In this document: piece after piece, positions 37,418 through 39,451 of the stretch
Layout: each line of letters opens with the position of its first letter
How positions within the stretch are numbered: the stretch's first letter is position 1
From: Candidatus Sumerlaeaceae bacterium
GTDB taxonomy: Bacteria; Sumerlaeota; Sumerlaeia; Sumerlaeales; Sumerlaeaceae
Direction: 5' to 3'
Length of the DNA stretch: 39,451 bases
NCBI GenBank assembly: GCA_049968255.1
Contig: JBMFRB010000014.1
Span: 1-39,451 of the forward strand
Notes under the pieces: model-generated
What the model was told of the DNA's origin: nothing
Databases searched by the model: none
What the model saw: only the letters and a program-made list of their open reading frames with translations
Program-made: the position numbers and the translations under genes

Positions 37418-38236
37418 TTACTTTTCCTTCATGGGTGCCGCGGGCGACGTCTCACCGGTTTCGTGCGCCACCGTGGGCGACGTCTCCTCGGTCTCTTCCG
37501 CCGGGCCTTTCATTTCTTTTTCCACGGTGATCACGCGGATCCCGTTCTGCTCAGAGAACGTCGCCACAGTTTGGTGGCGCTGTGGCACCTCGATGATGTC
37601 AATCGTATTCACTACCGTGGGGTCGAGCGGCTCGAGGGGACGGCGGGTGGGCATGCGCGAAATTGCTCGCACGACGTCGAGGCCGCCGATCACCTTCCCG
37701 AAAATTGTAAACCGGCCCGTAAAATCCGGCAGCGGCACCAGCGTGATAAACCAACGGCTTCCGTTTGATTTATCGCGTCCGCTGTTGGCCATGGCTAGCA
37801 TTCCGGGCGCGTCGAATTTCAAATCCGGCGAAATCTCGAGATCAAGGGTGTAGCCAGGGCCGCCGTAGCCCTTGTTCGTTGGGTCGCCGCCATCAATCTC
37901 CACATCCTTGACGATGCGGTAAATCGCGGTGTTGTTATAGAGCGGCTTCGAGCTGGGTACCTGGGTGATCGGATGCGTCCACTCTTTCTTGCCAGTGGCA
38001 AGGCCGACAAAATTCTCCACCGTTTTGGGCGCCTTATCGGGGAACAGCTTCACAATGAAATCGCCCGCCGTCGTATGGAACACGGCATAGGTGCCCTCGG
38101 CCAGTGTCAGGGGCTGGGTCACAATTTCGTCCTGGGGGTTGCCCCACAAGAAGCTCAGCGTGGCCGTGGTAGGTGCGGCGGCCCCCCACCCTGCCACGAG
38201 CAGCGAAGCTAGCATCGCGGCAACTCGCTTCATCAT
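37418..38236 (-). CDS. Exported cyclophilin-type PPIase-like protein with non-canonical active site
   Basis: Signal peptide; LFPDKAPKTVENFVGLA, GGDP...G.GGPGY, GMLAMANSG, TIFGKVIGGLDVV; GGAGG RBS. Confidence 0.9.
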   Translation of the reverse strand: MMKRVAAMLASLLVAGWGAAAPTTATLSFLWGNPQDEIVTQPLTLAEGTYAVFHTTAGDFIVKLFPDKAPKTVENFVGLATGKKEWTHPITQVPSSKPLYNNTAIYRIVKDVEIDGGDPTNKGYGGPGYTLDLEISPDLKFDAPGMLAMANSGRDKSNGSRWFITLVPLPDFTGRFTIFGKVIGGLDVVRAISRMPTRRPLEPLDPTVVNTIDIIEVPQRHQTVATFSEQNGIRVITVEKEMKGPAEETEETSPTVAHETGETSPAAPMKEK

Positions 38237-38967
38237 GCGTTATGCCTCCGGTTCACGGTATCTAGGGGTTAGCAGCGCCAAAACGAAATGCCAAACGCAA
38301 GAGCTTTTCAGCGGGAGGGCGCAAATTCCTGTCAGAAAAGAGCAAAGTGGCCACGCCATGAGCGCGCCCAAAGGCAGAGGACGGGTCGCCCGCAATGCCG
38401 ATCACAAGGCGGAAGCGCTCAGGGCCTACTCGCTTTGGCGGAAGGCCGATCAAAGCCACGTCCTGGGCAGTGACGTCGCGGCGCCCGTGGGGCCGCCGGC
38501 CCCAGACACGGAAACGGGCCAGATCGAAATTGCACCAGAGCGGTACGGCAACATGAGCGCACCCCAATGGCTAAGGTCATCAGACATCGTGCTCAGCAAA
38601 CCGCACATGAAGAACTCAACCGCACGTGCAAGGTGCTTCGAGAGAGAGCGGTTGGAAAAAGCGTCTAGCGGACGATCGTGGCCATGTGAGCAGTAGAGAT
38701 GGGGTGCCAGAGGTCGTGCGGTTGCCGACTGTGGATTTTTCTCGCAGACGTGAGCAATCGCGTAACGCAGAGCCCAGGTGGTTGCGTGCTCCCACGCGCA
38801 ATGGCGCAGGGGCTCAACTACACTACAGCCCTAACCGCGAAACATCCGCGGAAACACGAAGTTTTTCCCGCACCTCCACGTCCCTCGCGATCACCGAATC
38901 AATCCCCAACTGACTCGTCCAATTATGCAGCGGGGGGGCTGCGTCACGCGTCTCAGCCGGTCTCGCC

Positions 38968-38980
38968 AAAAAAAAAAAAA
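38968..38980. repeat. A13 homopolymer
   Basis: Counted directly. Confidence 0.95.
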
Positions 38981-39169
38981 CAAAACTCAGGAACATATTC
39001 GGACTCAAATTGTCCTATACAAGGACGCGATCGGCGCGGTACAACGGTGGGTCTGCATCACGATGATTAGGCCGACCGATCGCTGGGAACCGGGGACCAC
39101 CACCTTGGCCCGAGACACCACGATGTGACCAGCCACACCCTACAGCACGCCGATCCCCCCGGTTCCCAA

Positions 39170-39222
39170 CTCTCTCTGTGTCTCTCTGTCTCTCGTTTCT
39201 CTCTCTCTCTTTTTTTTTTTTT
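39170..39222. repeat. Imperfect (CT)n tract followed by T13 (39210-39222)
   Basis: CTCTCTCTGTGTCTCTCTGTCTCTCGTTTCTCTCTCTCTC then 13 T. Confidence 0.95.
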
Positions 39223-39381
39223 GATCAGTAGCTAAGGGCTCTACTCTGCCTTTTACACCCACACCGTAAGTCTTACCTTCTTTCTTGGGGTAACCATTCT
39301 AAGTCTGTAACTAACTTCTTGCTATGGATTGAGGCGCTCTTGGTTACGGTAGAGTTTCCCTTTACCCCTACGATGGCACCG

Positions 39382-39450
39382 TTATGGATTGACTCCGGGG
39401 CGCTTGGAGACGCGCTTTTCGAGGCGGCAGCGGCGCGCGGCCAGGTCGCG
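39382..39450 (-). CDS. Possible 3' end of a gene entering from the right edge
   Basis: Open frame RDLAARRCRLEKRVSKRPGVNP-TAA with GC-rich third positions; too short to identify. Confidence 0.35.
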   Translation of the reverse strand, partial: RDLAARRCRLEKRVSKRPGVNP

Positions 39451-39451
39451 C

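Noticed and set aside
3350-37768. Many long antisense or alternate-frame ORFs (e.g. 4958-5914, 26181-27086, 32900-33718, 34616-35359)
   Set aside because: Shadows of well-supported genes in GC-rich DNA; Arg/His/Ala-rich with no motifs.
38611-38660. Group II intron domain V-like TTGCACGTGCGGTT on the - strand
   Set aside because: The adjacent 5' arm does not form the ~34-nt domain V hairpin; no domain VI or reverse transcriptase.
38730-39392. Canonical oriC or dif
   Set aside because: Best DnaA-box-like 9-mers have 2-3 mismatches and are sparse; no XerC/XerD arms around a 6-bp core; dnaA not in the window.

Overview
GC-rich bacterial chromosomal window with no recognisable transposase, integrase, phage gene, tRNA or CRISPR array. 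It opens with the last ~47 nt of a 16S rRNA gene that is terminated ~190 nt later, so 16S is not linked to 23S here. A + strand block follows: YfhO/GT-C membrane protein, a ~1370-aa secreted GHL10-FN3-Golvesin-DNRLRE-like protein, a WcaJ-type priming glycosyltransferase, a ~1380-aa secreted subtilase with Glu at the catalytic His position and four C-terminal repeats, a nitroreductase, a PAS-GAF-GAF-HD-GYP phosphodiesterase and a GH18 chitinase. Next come an orphan histidine kinase, two convergent Rieske ferredoxins, a DUF116-moaD-moaE-Arg-rich protein-Rieske run, two tandem secreted proteins with different carbohydrate-binding-like N-domains on the same Cys-free 'SxxS' thioredoxin-like C-domain, a divergent PilH/PilI/PilG(Xap)-like ABC operon, a lone sucB, a CPA2 K+/H+ antiporter, and a - strand run (HAD, rseP, ilvC, TPR-gluzincin, atypical cyclophilin). 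The window ends in ~1.1 kb of apparently non-coding DNA with stacked hairpins, matched A13/T13 tracts, a CT tract and a GTAA-motif cluster. Best novelty candidates: the SxxS-thioredoxin module next to the Pil/Xap-like exporter, a YxGPDRR/poly-DRR putative c-di-GMP-binding protein, and the terminal non-coding region. The gene content suggests a polysaccharide/chitin degrader, tentatively Sumerlaeota (BRC1); this is an unverified impression. All calls come from reading motifs by eye, no searches were run, and several starts were moved from the ORF track using RBS/signal-peptide logic.
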